From an uncultured Rikenellaceae bacterium (GTDB lineage: Bacteria > Bacteroidota > Bacteroidia > Bacteroidales > Rikenellaceae), in contig CAYIZU010000005.1 in assembly GCA_964367795.1 (NCBI GenBank), positions 1 to 24,691 of the forward strand: a stretch of 24,691 nucleotides of DNA, written 5' to 3'. The position numbers and the translations under genes are program-made. The notes under the pieces were generated by a model. It saw only the letters and a program-made list of their open reading frames with translations, was not told where the DNA came from and did not search any database. Of the stretch, positions 17,801 through 24,691 are shown one piece after another. How positions within the stretch are numbered: the stretch's first letter is position 1; every line of letters begins with the position of its first letter.

Positions 17801-18580
17801 TACATATTTTGTTTTACTTATAACGTTAATATTTCTTGGCATGTTATGCAAACGCCACCATTTAGGGTTCATTTTTATCAGAGTACGCGGCTTAGCTTTA
17901 GTTGGGATTTCTCCGTTTAGATTAAAATGATCTACATACTTGAAATTAAATCTAAATTTAGCATCTAAACGTTCTAAGTTAACCTCCAGAGCCCTACTTG
18001 CACTCACGAAATCAGCTTTTTTCATTCCATCGCTTACGCCATACATGAAAAAATTTGTCCCTCGTTCAATGGATTCATTACCATCAATCATTTCAATGTT
18101 CAGTGCCTCTAAGTCGGTCCATGTGTCAATATTATTTAGGCTACTTTGTGGAATATCTATGATAGTATTATATTCACCATAATTAGCAAAAACAACAAAT
18201 GTGTAGCGCGATACACCTGATGAAATATTGAACTCATCCTCATCAATTGTTAAAGTGAACACATATCCATCCTGCTCCAAGGCTATCTGTTCATCTGATA
18301 AAACCCATCTGTGAACAACACTATTTTCAGCATCGTACTCATCTTTTCCACCGGAAAAATCACTATTATAACCGTTCGGAAAACTAAATAATAGGACATA
18401 CACATTTAATATTCGTCCCTCCTCATAAGTGGAAGATGTAGCTCTTGTTATTTGGTTAGAGCTACTTGAACGAACACGGAATTTGATACCATCGCCATTG
18501 CCTTTACTATAGAATTCGTCTATCTCTCTTTGACATGACAAGGTTAATAAGATTAACCCCAATAATTTTAAATAATTCAT
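14837..18580 (-). CDS. Large lipoprotein, type V pilus (Fim/Mfa) tip or adhesin-like, with C-terminal C-type-lectin-like modules
   Basis: Lipobox LTLSC, pilin-type processing site ITRA, VVFAN and LERLDAK pilin-like motifs, then KWYMPTKSQ...IRCLRNL and CPHGWRLPNQRE...RCVRDV. Family recognised by motif memory (DUF4906/DUF1566/Fib_succ_major-like), not by search. Confidence 0.7.
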   Translation of the reverse strand: MNYLKLLGLILLTLSCQREIDEFYSKGNGDGIKFRVRSSSSNQITRATSSTYEEGRILNVYVLLFSFPNGYNSDFSGGKDEYDAENSVVHRWVLSDEQIALEQDGYVFTLTIDEDEFNISSGVSRYTFVVFANYGEYNTIIDIPQSSLNNIDTWTDLEALNIEMIDGNESIERGTNFFMYGVSDGMKKADFVSASRALEVNLERLDAKFRFNFKYVDHFNLNGEIPTKAKPRTLIKMNPKWWRLHNMPRNINVISKTKYVSKEDGINYIEGEDYFSTDKFNFEGIGDLFASEFSFYCLPQKYEPQKSIKEVFTNGYSFSNPALTDYDYSTLDIYSFDADGNLDETVENPDLYLDNYNNPKIPVWQHQWLTLREKREKIPTTSTSYNANEYQGLFDDGDFIYAPARSPYVEMRIELIYDLYDGEGVPPKRFNSTIDIILHLGLTGRTTVYPTSAMLNGISQELPPPLDLDASNSTADPDSYEIVSNTEYIYNIYFDGTSTVLLEAETGPDSDAEKPVENIPGMSGDLYSPSLYRLLNSGANVINFSFPTTSITNGEYQWALSTPFGSYTMQQLYDGNSGINGNMDNIDHKWVTFAVNPNSSVPIRPFLGNREHAPKNWFFYNEATGEIDDNDGFFEMEQSPTGPIGYMVPKKNSSGDYIPNNKYQEFMDAHLAYSNGGAPTKYLNINQLAQLIILNTSSDPLTATAYVDEYYYYEHPLEGGQPATTEDGLWAKFVNTAGRRSFSVVTKPKASSDQLSTYIEMGSIIEQEPLQTFYNLEKAGVVETQTPNFPFRVGGSSSYSFPAGTKFIGYGIEGLPVTDENGNEIEFLGQYILEAGDSTYIIPDELAAKVNNYRSGLKNTQAWWLYGEDGTLSDSVRWDKYINLDSWTLKDKYSNLGIYQCLLRNRDDNGNGVIDINEIKWYMPTKSQIIYMWIGAGALSLPSQIFRNNDYSYDLKFMMSSTVSRSRRNQNELEIVWLNEGSSTGFILDNWGEMNEQIDGPNGKAYIRCLRNLGTPKELEGINYSAISDMGVNEHEFAKGIIANEYNLTSEESGNEYISSVWGMSFQNISHIAYRKYTQIEDLPFHHISEDHNRPWGAMEVVNQDVSEDAESNTIYTVRSVREHNDNIDNDTDLDNNPCPHGWRLPNQREAATMALMFTAIPNQGWLRNYSTPWALFAPTRSYVRQATTPSGAQDAAFNIRYVILDVNGLVGNFVRMRLTNTGANYGVEKGIPRCVRDVPNSSVFRL

Positions 18581-18592
18581 ATTAATAATAAA

Positions 18593-19771
18593 TTAAAAAA
18601 ATGGAAGTGTTAAAGCATCTTTTGTAATCCAAGGAATTATTACGCCCTCTAATTCAAAGCTGCCGGTTAATGGCCCTTCATAGTTGTAAGTAATCTCATA
18701 ATTTATTCGTTTCCCCTGTTCAAAATTGAATGAGGTTGGTTCGAATTCATTTTTCCAAAAACCTACACTGATTGTTCCATTTACCCTTTCTGTTATATTG
18801 GCTTCAATAATAATTTTCAAGCCGCTATTACCACTTTGAGGAGGAATCATAATGATACCGTTATCGGTTGTGATATTATAATTTTCATTTAGAACCATAA
18901 CACCTTGCTTCGTATCTTCTTTTAATTCTTTGTCAGAGTTAAGTACAAATACCGATGTTGCTGCTCCGCTTAGGTTGCTCCATATAACGGGAGTCATTGG
19001 TAGATGTGGTATATTTGTTCGCAAAGGATCTTCATCCACATCCATTTCGAATTCTCCGATATTTTCTAATCCCGTTATTGTGATTTTTAGAATATCAAAT
19101 TCAAAATCCGGCGATGGCTCATGGCCATCATTAATATCTGCATCCACCACCTTTTTTGAAAACTCTATTGATGAAGTTACATGCTTAAATTGAAAAGGAA
19201 CGGAAGGGTTACTCATAAGGCGGTATCTATTCACGAGTGAACCCATGAAATCAGGACTGCTATCCCCAATGAGAATATCTTGATGGTAATATACATCATT
19301 CCCGGCTTCATATCTAAAAACAGGTGAACCAGTATCATCACTTTCTGAGATAATAGAAAAATGTGTCGCATCCTCCCCTTCACCAAATGTATCTCCAGTG
19401 ACACTATCAACATGGGGGTAGTATGTAATGAACGACAATAGGGAAGAGGGAGCATTAGGCCATACTGCATCGAAACTACTTATCTCCCATCTGTCAAGGT
19501 AAGGGTTGTATATCGATTGAACATTAAAAGCATGATTAGGAGTTGATACCCCGCGGTTGAACGTACTATTATTTTCATGCCTAAAAATAAATACACCATG
19601 AATACTTTCGCCTACAGTTTTTATATTCTCACCATCAATAGATAGACCCTTTGTTGCAGAAGAGTTCTTAAAAGAGAGAATATTTTCCTCTTTCGAGGTG
19701 GGCTCGATAGAGATAACTTCACTATCACAGCAAACAAATAACATCGATAATACGAGCAGTAATATAATCAT
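18593..19771 (-). CDS. Fimbrillin family lipoprotein (Mfa-like)
   Basis: Lipobox LFVCC, ATKG processing-like site, SFITYYP, QDIL, FQFKHVTSSI, MIPPQ, FEQGKRINYEI, C-terminal IIPW. This motif order matches Bacteroidales fimbrillins (PF13149-like). Confidence 0.78.
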   Translation of the reverse strand: MIILLLVLSMLFVCCDSEVISIEPTSKEENILSFKNSSATKGLSIDGENIKTVGESIHGVFIFRHENNSTFNRGVSTPNHAFNVQSIYNPYLDRWEISSFDAVWPNAPSSLLSFITYYPHVDSVTGDTFGEGEDATHFSIISESDDTGSPVFRYEAGNDVYYHQDILIGDSSPDFMGSLVNRYRLMSNPSVPFQFKHVTSSIEFSKKVVDADINDGHEPSPDFEFDILKITITGLENIGEFEMDVDEDPLRTNIPHLPMTPVIWSNLSGAATSVFVLNSDKELKEDTKQGVMVLNENYNITTDNGIIMIPPQSGNSGLKIIIEANITERVNGTISVGFWKNEFEPTSFNFEQGKRINYEITYNYEGPLTGSFELEGVIIPWITKDALTLPFF

Positions 19772-19828
19772 TTCCTTTAAAATTAAGAGTAATTATATCT
19801 GTATATGCACTTATTATTCCAAAAAAAA

Positions 19829-19948
19829 AGAAATTGTATCAAAAACATTTTTGTCACTTCCTGAATCGCATAAATACTCACGTACATAAGTACGCTCCGT
19901 TTTATACTCATCACGAAGCACCAAAACTGAATTTTGATACAAATTTCT
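19829..19948 (-). repeat. About 120-nt imperfect palindrome (long hairpin), candidate structured RNA or REP/MITE-like element
   Basis: Outer arms AGAAATTGTATCAAAA (19829-19844) and TTTTGATACAAATTTCT (19932-19948), nested inner stems, centre CGTAC-ATAA-GTACG (19881-19894). Confidence 0.75.
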
Positions 19949-19951
19949 AAT

Positions 19952-19987
19952 AAAAAAGACCGTCTCGAAATAATTCGAGACGGCCTC
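19952..19987 (-). terminator. Intrinsic terminator after panD
   Basis: Minus strand GAGGCCGTCTCGAA-TTAT-TTCGAGACGGTC-TTTTTT. Confidence 0.9.
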
Positions 19988-20006
19988 CTATTAAATCAAT
20001 ATTGAT

Positions 20007-20357
20007 TTACAGTAATCTATTCGTTCTCGTATCGGGGAAAACAACCGTTGGTGTAAACGTTTTCGCCTCTTCAAAATCCATAAGTGCATATGATATAACT
20101 ATTATCACATCACCAACCTGTACCTTACGAGCTGCCGCTCCGTTAAGACACACTTCGCCACTACCGCGCTTTCCTTTAATAATATAGGTTTCAAAACGCT
20201 CACCATTATTATTATTGACAATAGCTACCTTTTCATTGGGTATTAAGTTTGCCGCATCAAGCAAATCTTCATCTATCGTTATACTTCCAACATAGTTAAG
20301 GTTCGATTCCGTGACCGTCACCCTATGCAATTTTGATTTTAATACTTCAATCAACAT
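20007..20357 (-). CDS. panD: Aspartate 1-decarboxylase
   Basis: KSKLHR, self-cleavage site [23 protein letters not shown]. Confidence 0.97.
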   Translation of the reverse strand: MLIEVLKSKLHRVTVTESNLNYVGSITIDEDLLDAANLIPNEKVAIVNNNNGERFETYIIKGKRGSGEVCLNGAAARKVQVGDVIIVISYALMDFEEAKTFTPTVVFPDTRTNRLL

Positions 20358-20358
20358 A

Positions 20359-21198
20359 TTAAAAATATTTTATATTATCTATTAGTCTAATACCTCCTAT
20401 ACGAACAGCAATACACCCAACGATGCCATTCTCTTCACTCCAAGAGGTGGCAGGTGACATTGTCGCTGCATTACTTATAGTAAAATACTCTAACTCCATA
20501 TCACTCACTTTGCCTATCTCATTTGATACCCATAATTCCACCTCACGAATAGACATATCTTTGGCTTTCGTAACTGAATTGCTCAATGTTTTATATATAA
20601 ATGGAGCAATCCCCCTATGTTTACTACTTAATAACGCATTACGCGAACTTAATGCCAAACCATCTTCGGCACGCTTTGTAGGCGATGAGATAATCTCAAC
20701 TGGCAGCCCCAACTCTTTAGTCATATACTTAACTATTGCCAACTGTTGAAAATCTTTCTCCCCAAAGTATGACTTTGAAGGTGTAACAAGTTCAAAAAGC
20801 CTACTTACCACTTGCGCAACACCATTGAAATGCCCTGGCCTCTTAGCTCCTTCCATATACTTATCAAGCCCTCCAAAATCGAAAACTCTATTATCTTGTG
20901 TAGGGTAGATGATCTCCACGCTTGGCGCAAAAACAATATCACATCCAGCTGCTTCAAGCATTGTAAAATCCTCCTCTTCAGTACGAGGATAACGCTCTAA
21001 GTCTTTTGGGTCGTTAAATTGCGTTGGGTTAACAAATATAGATACAACAGCACAGTTATTTTCACTTTTGCACCTTTCAACCAAAGATATATGCCCTGTG
21101 TGGAGTGCACCCATTGTTGGTACAAAACCCACTGAACCTACCTCCTTAGCCGTACTGATAGCCTTTGACAACTCATTAATATCTCTGATAATCTTCAT
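20359..21198 (-). CDS. panC: Pantoate--beta-alanine ligase
   Basis: [50 protein letters not shown]. Confidence 0.97.
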   Translation of the reverse strand: MKIIRDINELSKAISTAKEVGSVGFVPTMGALHTGHISLVERCKSENNCAVVSIFVNPTQFNDPKDLERYPRTEEEDFTMLEAAGCDIVFAPSVEIIYPTQDNRVFDFGGLDKYMEGAKRPGHFNGVAQVVSRLFELVTPSKSYFGEKDFQQLAIVKYMTKELGLPVEIISSPTKRAEDGLALSSRNALLSSKHRGIAPFIYKTLSNSVTKAKDMSIREVELWVSNEIGKVSDMELEYFTISNAATMSPATSWSEENGIVGCIAVRIGGIRLIDNIKYF

Positions 21199-21220
21199 CT
21201 ATAAAACAGTTTATTGGATG

Positions 21221-21228
21221 CAAATTTA
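21221..21228 (-). promoter_or_regulatory. -7 promoter element for panCD
   Basis: TAAATTTG on the minus strand, 22 nt upstream of the ATG. -33 element not evident. Confidence 0.6.
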
Positions 21229-21373
21229 AAACACTTTAGTAAATAAACATCTTTTTTTTTATTTTTTTTCATCTTTTTTATGAGTCGAAGAACTAATGTA
21301 TTTATAATCAATCGGTTATGGTCTATGTGTAAAAAAAAAGAAAGAATCTATACTATAATATAAAAATAATGTT

Positions 21374-21381
21374 TATATTTG
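21374..21381 (+). promoter_or_regulatory. -7 promoter element for pepE-yraN-metG
   Basis: TATATTTG. The ORF-track TTG start at 21379 is part of this element. Confidence 0.65.
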
Positions 21382-21411
21382 CAGAGAAAATTAACAATTA
21401 ACAGAAAAATT

Positions 21412-22122
21412 ATGAGACTACTACTTATTAGCAACTCAACCAATGCAGGTGAGGCTTATTTGGATTATCCAAAGCATAATATTAAAGATTTTTTGGCTAT
21501 TAGTGGCGTAAAAAAGGTTATGTTTGTACCTTATGCTGCAGTTACCTTTTCTTATGATGAATATCAGAAGAAGGTTGCAACGCGTTTTGCAGAGATAGGT
21601 CTTGAGGTTGATTCAGTACACCATTATGATAATCAAGCGGAGGCGATAATGAATGCAGAGGCGATTGTTGTTGGGGGGGGGAATACTTTCCATCTACTTA
21701 TGAACATGCAAAAATATGGTTTGATTGCTGCGATACGCGAGAGGGTAGCAGCAGGAGCTCCTTATGTTGGATGGAGTGCAGGTTCAAATGTTTGTAGCCC
21801 TACGATATGCACAACTAATGATATGCCAATAGTGGAGCCATATACATTTAAAGCTCTTAATGTTATACCTTTCCAAATAAATCCTCACTACCTTGATGCG
21901 CATCCTGATGGTCATGCAGGCGAGACGCGAGAGCAACGTATTGAGGAGTATATAGCCGCTAATCAACAGATGACGGTGGCCGGCTTGCGTGAAGGTTGCA
22001 TGTTTGTTGTTGAGGGTAATGATATATCTATGATAGGTTCACGAGATTTACGTATATTCAAATATGGAGAGATGGCGTATGAATGTAATGCTTCATCCGA
22101 TTTATCATTCTTAATGAAATAG
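21412..22122 (+). CDS. pepE: Dipeptidase E (peptidase S51)
   Basis: MRLLLISNST, VGGGNTF, GWSAG, QINPHY, GETREQRI. Start moved to the ATG at 21412. Confidence 0.95.
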   Translation: MRLLLISNSTNAGEAYLDYPKHNIKDFLAISGVKKVMFVPYAAVTFSYDEYQKKVATRFAEIGLEVDSVHHYDNQAEAIMNAEAIVVGGGNTFHLLMNMQKYGLIAAIRERVAAGAPYVGWSAGSNVCSPTICTTNDMPIVEPYTFKALNVIPFQINPHYLDAHPDGHAGETREQRIEEYIAANQQMTVAGLREGCMFVVEGNDISMIGSRDLRIFKYGEMAYECNASSDLSFLMK

Positions 22123-22131
22123 TAATCTTTT

Positions 22132-22515
22132 ATGAGATTTCTTGGCAGATGGTTGCATAACCGTTCTGTGGGTAAGCGTGGCGAGGATATTGTTGCGCTT
22201 AGCTTGCGTGACAGAGGTTTGAAAATTATTGCGCGTAATTGGCAAGAGAATAAATCAGAAATAGATATTATTGCTATATCAAAAAAGAGAAAAACTATTC
22301 ATATAATAGAGGTTAAGAGTCGAACAAGCAATGATTGGGAGGCGGTGTCTGCCTCCCTAACCAGCCAGAAGGTAGGAGCCCTAAAGCGTGGCGCATATGA
22401 ATTTATTGCTGTAAATCCCAAATATAAAGGGTATGCTTTACAATTTGATGTAGCAGTTGTGTTTTTTAGTGGTGATAATCATAGTATAGAATATATAGAA
22501 AATATACGTTTTTAA
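22132..22515 (+). CDS. yraN: YraN family (UPF0102) endonuclease-like protein
   Basis: GKRGE, RNW, EIDIIA, IEVKSR, QFDV, YIEN. Stop overlaps the metG start (TAATG). Confidence 0.9.
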   Translation: MRFLGRWLHNRSVGKRGEDIVALSLRDRGLKIIARNWQENKSEIDIIAISKKRKTIHIIEVKSRTSNDWEAVSASLTSQKVGALKRGAYEFIAVNPKYKGYALQFDVAVVFFSGDNHSIEYIENIRF

Positions 22516-24554
22516 TGAGAACAACAAAACCAAAAAGATATTTAGTAACATCGGCCCTACCATATGCGAATGGGCCAGTTCATATTGGTCATTTAGCAGG
22601 TGTGTATATTCCGAGCGATATATATGTACGATATTTACGTCTTAAAGGCGAGGATGTACTGTCTATATGCGGCTCCGACGAGCATGGGGTACCAATAACA
22701 ATTAAGGCACGTAATGAAGGTGTCACGCCACAAGATGTGGTGGATAAGTATCATACAATAATTAAGGATGCTTTTCAGGGACTCGGTATATCATTTGATA
22801 TATATCATCGCACCTCATCGCCACTTCATCACGAAACAGCATCGGAGTTTTTTCGCAAACTTTATGATGATGGTAAATTTATTGAACAGACAACAGAGCA
22901 GTTTTATGATACAGACGTTAATCAATTTCTTGCCGACAGATATATTACTGGAACCTGCCCTGTATGTCAATCCGAGGGTGCATATGGCGATCAGTGTGAA
23001 AAATGTGGTTCAACACTAAATGCAACAGATTTAATAAATCCTAAATCTGCGATATCTGGTTCGGTGCCTGTGTTACGTGAGACTAAACATTGGTTTTTGC
23101 CACTCAATGAGTATGAGGCTTTTCTAAAAGAGTGGATACTTGATGGACATAAGGAGTGGAAACCTAATGTTTATGGACAGTGTAAAAGCTGGCTTGACTT
23201 AGGTTTGCAGCCTCGTGCAGTGAGTCGTGATCTTGATTGGGGGGTGCCTGTTCCTATTGCAGGAGAAGATGGTAAGGTGTTATACGTATGGTTTGATGCT
23301 CCTATAGGATATATCTCTGCAACGAAAGCTCTGACTGCCGATTGGGAGAAATATTGGAAGGATGAAGATACTAAGTTAGTGCATTTTATTGGTAAAGATA
23401 ATATAGTATTCCACTGTATTGTGTTTCCAGCCATGCTTAAAGCGTATGGTGGTTATATCTTGCCTGAAAATGTTCCCGCTAACGAGTTTCTAAATCTTGA
23501 AAATGATAAAATATCAACCTCTCGAAACTGGGCGGTGTGGTTGCATGAGTATTTAGAGGAGTTTCCAGGTAAGGAGGATGTGTTGAGATATGTTCTTTGT
23601 GCAAATGCCCCAGAGAGTAAAGATAACGATTTTACGTGGAAAGATTTTCAAGCAAGAAATAATAATGAGTTAGTTGCCATATTGGGTAATTTTGTGAACC
23701 GAGCTCTTGTTTTAACCCAAAAATATTATGATGGTAAAGTGCCCCAAATGGGAGAGTTAACCGATTTTGATAAGGAGATTATAGCGGAGCTATCGGAAGT
23801 TAAAGGGTCTTTAGAGAGTAATATAGAGCATTATAAATTTCGCGAGGCATTAAAGGATGCTATGACTATTGCACGTCTTGGAAATAAATATCTTGCCGAT
23901 ACTGAACCATGGAAAGTGGTCAAGAGTGATGAAGAGCGTGTTAAGACAATAATGAATATTGCCTTACAGATAACAGCTAATTTGTCTATTGCTATTGAGC
24001 CGTTCATGCCGTTTACAGCTGCTAAGTTGGTGAAATTCTTAAATATCAATAAAATAAAATGGGAAGAGTTAGGTCAGTTAAATCTTATTTCTGCTGAACA
24101 TGTTATTTCAGCTCCGGAGTTATTGTTTGAGAAGATAGAGGATGGTGTTATTGATTCGCAATTAGCAAAACTCCAAGCGTCTAAAGAGGCAAATCTTTTA
24201 TCTTCAGCTGTAGTTACTCCTCAAAAAGCGAGTGTGACATTTGACGATTTCTCAAAAATGGATATTAGAGTGTCTCGTGTTATTGCTGCTGAGAAGGTTG
24301 CAAAGACAAAGAAACTTCTTAAGCTTACTGTTGATACAGGGGTTGATCAAAGGACAATAGTTTCGGGTATTGCTGAGTATTATACTCCAGAAGAGATGAT
24401 TGGTAAGCAGATATTAGTCCTTGTTAACTTACTTCCACGTGAACTTAAAGGAATTAAGTCGGAGGGTATGATCCTAATGGCAGAGGATGCAAATGGTAAG
24501 TTGAAAATCGTTGCGCCGACCGATGATATGAAGAGTGGTTCTACGGTTGGTTAA
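22515..24554 (+). CDS. metG: Methionine--tRNA ligase with C-terminal tRNA-binding domain
   Basis: [19 protein letters not shown], zinc knuckle CPVC...CEKC, YVWFDA, KISTS, C-terminal OB-fold ([14 protein letters not shown]). Confidence 0.98.
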   Translation: MRTTKPKRYLVTSALPYANGPVHIGHLAGVYIPSDIYVRYLRLKGEDVLSICGSDEHGVPITIKARNEGVTPQDVVDKYHTIIKDAFQGLGISFDIYHRTSSPLHHETASEFFRKLYDDGKFIEQTTEQFYDTDVNQFLADRYITGTCPVCQSEGAYGDQCEKCGSTLNATDLINPKSAISGSVPVLRETKHWFLPLNEYEAFLKEWILDGHKEWKPNVYGQCKSWLDLGLQPRAVSRDLDWGVPVPIAGEDGKVLYVWFDAPIGYISATKALTADWEKYWKDEDTKLVHFIGKDNIVFHCIVFPAMLKAYGGYILPENVPANEFLNLENDKISTSRNWAVWLHEYLEEFPGKEDVLRYVLCANAPESKDNDFTWKDFQARNNNELVAILGNFVNRALVLTQKYYDGKVPQMGELTDFDKEIIAELSEVKGSLESNIEHYKFREALKDAMTIARLGNKYLADTEPWKVVKSDEERVKTIMNIALQITANLSIAIEPFMPFTAAKLVKFLNINKIKWEELGQLNLISAEHVISAPELLFEKIEDGVIDSQLAKLQASKEANLLSSAVVTPQKASVTFDDFSKMDIRVSRVIAAEKVAKTKKLLKLTVDTGVDQRTIVSGIAEYYTPEEMIGKQILVLVNLLPRELKGIKSEGMILMAEDANGKLKIVAPTDDMKSGSTVG

Positions 24555-24691
24555 TTCTAAAACGAATTGATAATTAATTATAATTTTTAACATTTTTTTA
24601 CTATAAATACATTGTTAAGGTATTTGGCTCATTTATTGTGAGTAAGAGCTAAGAGATGTTGGTTATATGGTAATTATTTTTTGCTATTTAT

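Noticed and set aside
19829..19948. Long hairpin as an integron attC site or CRISPR repeat
   Set aside because: No RYYYAAC/GTTRRRY ends, single copy in the window, no integrase or cas gene.
1013..24049. Short overlapping or antisense ORFs in the track (e.g. 4070-4414, 5612-6046, 8931-9299, 14377-14694, 19698-19889, 20423-20749)
   Set aside because: They shadow well-supported genes and show no recognisable motifs.
24431..24446. parS-like ACTTCCACGTGAACTT in metG
   Set aside because: Five mismatches to TGTTNCACGTGAAACA. I saw no convincing parS near parAB either.
24555..24691. Terminator or ncRNA after metG
   Set aside because: Only weak short inverted repeats in AT-rich sequence, cut off by the window end.

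Overview
AT-rich Bacteroidota chromosomal window. Bacteroidales, possibly Rikenellaceae-like, is an inference from gene content and several TTTG-N20-TAnnTTTG promoters. Most genes are housekeeping or amino-acid metabolism: the 5' end of a CoA-transferase alpha subunit, type III glutamine synthetase, malic enzyme, ppa, tnaA-pepC, an alpha/beta hydrolase, parA-parB-DUF5683, panC-panD, pepE-yraN-metG. Six features stand out. (1) Three tandem TonB paralogs carry five TonB C-terminal domains. (2) An HsdR_N-type nuclease gene has an in-frame TAA that the ORF track hides. (3) A two-gene type V pilus-like lipoprotein cassette has a large subunit ending in two C-type-lectin-like modules. (4) A ~120-nt imperfect hairpin that pairs best on the minus strand lies directly upstream of that cassette. 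(5) A promoter-containing hairpin lies directly downstream of it. (6) One ~30-nt palindrome with pairing-preserving differences serves as terminator at two loci 17 kb apart. I saw no CRISPR array, tRNA, rRNA, transposase, integrase or reverse transcriptase. No complete new system can be shown from this window alone. The hairpin-bracketed pilus cassette and the TonB array are the best candidates.
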